Shown here: one piece after another, positions 63,941-64,000 of the stretch
How the letters are laid out: the number at the start of each line of letters is the position of its first letter
Numbering within the stretch: the first letter of the stretch is position 1
Assembly (NCBI GenBank): GCA_973895155.1
Contig: OZ316891.1
Span: 29,804,331 to 29,868,330, forward strand
Direction: 5' to 3'
Length of the DNA stretch: 64,000 nucleotides
Source: Marsupella aquatica
Taxonomy: Eukaryota; Plantae; Marchantiophyta
Notes under the pieces: generated by a model
Database searches by the model: none
Told to the model about the DNA's origin: nothing
Seen by the model: the letters and a program-made list of their open reading frames with translations, nothing else
Made by a program: the position numbers and the translations under genes

Positions 63941-64000
63941 AAACCCTATGGCCACTGAAGCTTGTGTCACTGAAACCATCTCCGTCGTGAATAACTTTAG

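Overview
Eukaryotic, intron-rich land-plant DNA. A liverwort (Marchantiales-like) source is my inference, based on a bryophyte-type alpha/beta-hydrolase NLR-like fragment. I could splice four apparently intact genes by eye: a type I prohibitin (+, 8 exons), a TRF2/HOY1 PH-like protein (-, 6 exons), the ALG6 glucosyltransferase (+, 7 exons) and UTP21/WDR36 (+, 18 exons). Between them are a young but gag-deleted Ty1/copia element nested in a TTAA-flanked MITE, a related solo LTR, at least five MITE families (one with a tRNA-like internal module), decayed TE-like DNA (~26-45 kb) and a hydrolase pseudogene. The most unusual feature is an orphan first exon of a UPL6-like HECT ligase (ATG changed to AAG) just upstream of ALG6. 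It is bracketed by a 58-bp direct repeat and can splice in frame to ALG6. All coordinates and alignments were read manually; no database searches were run.
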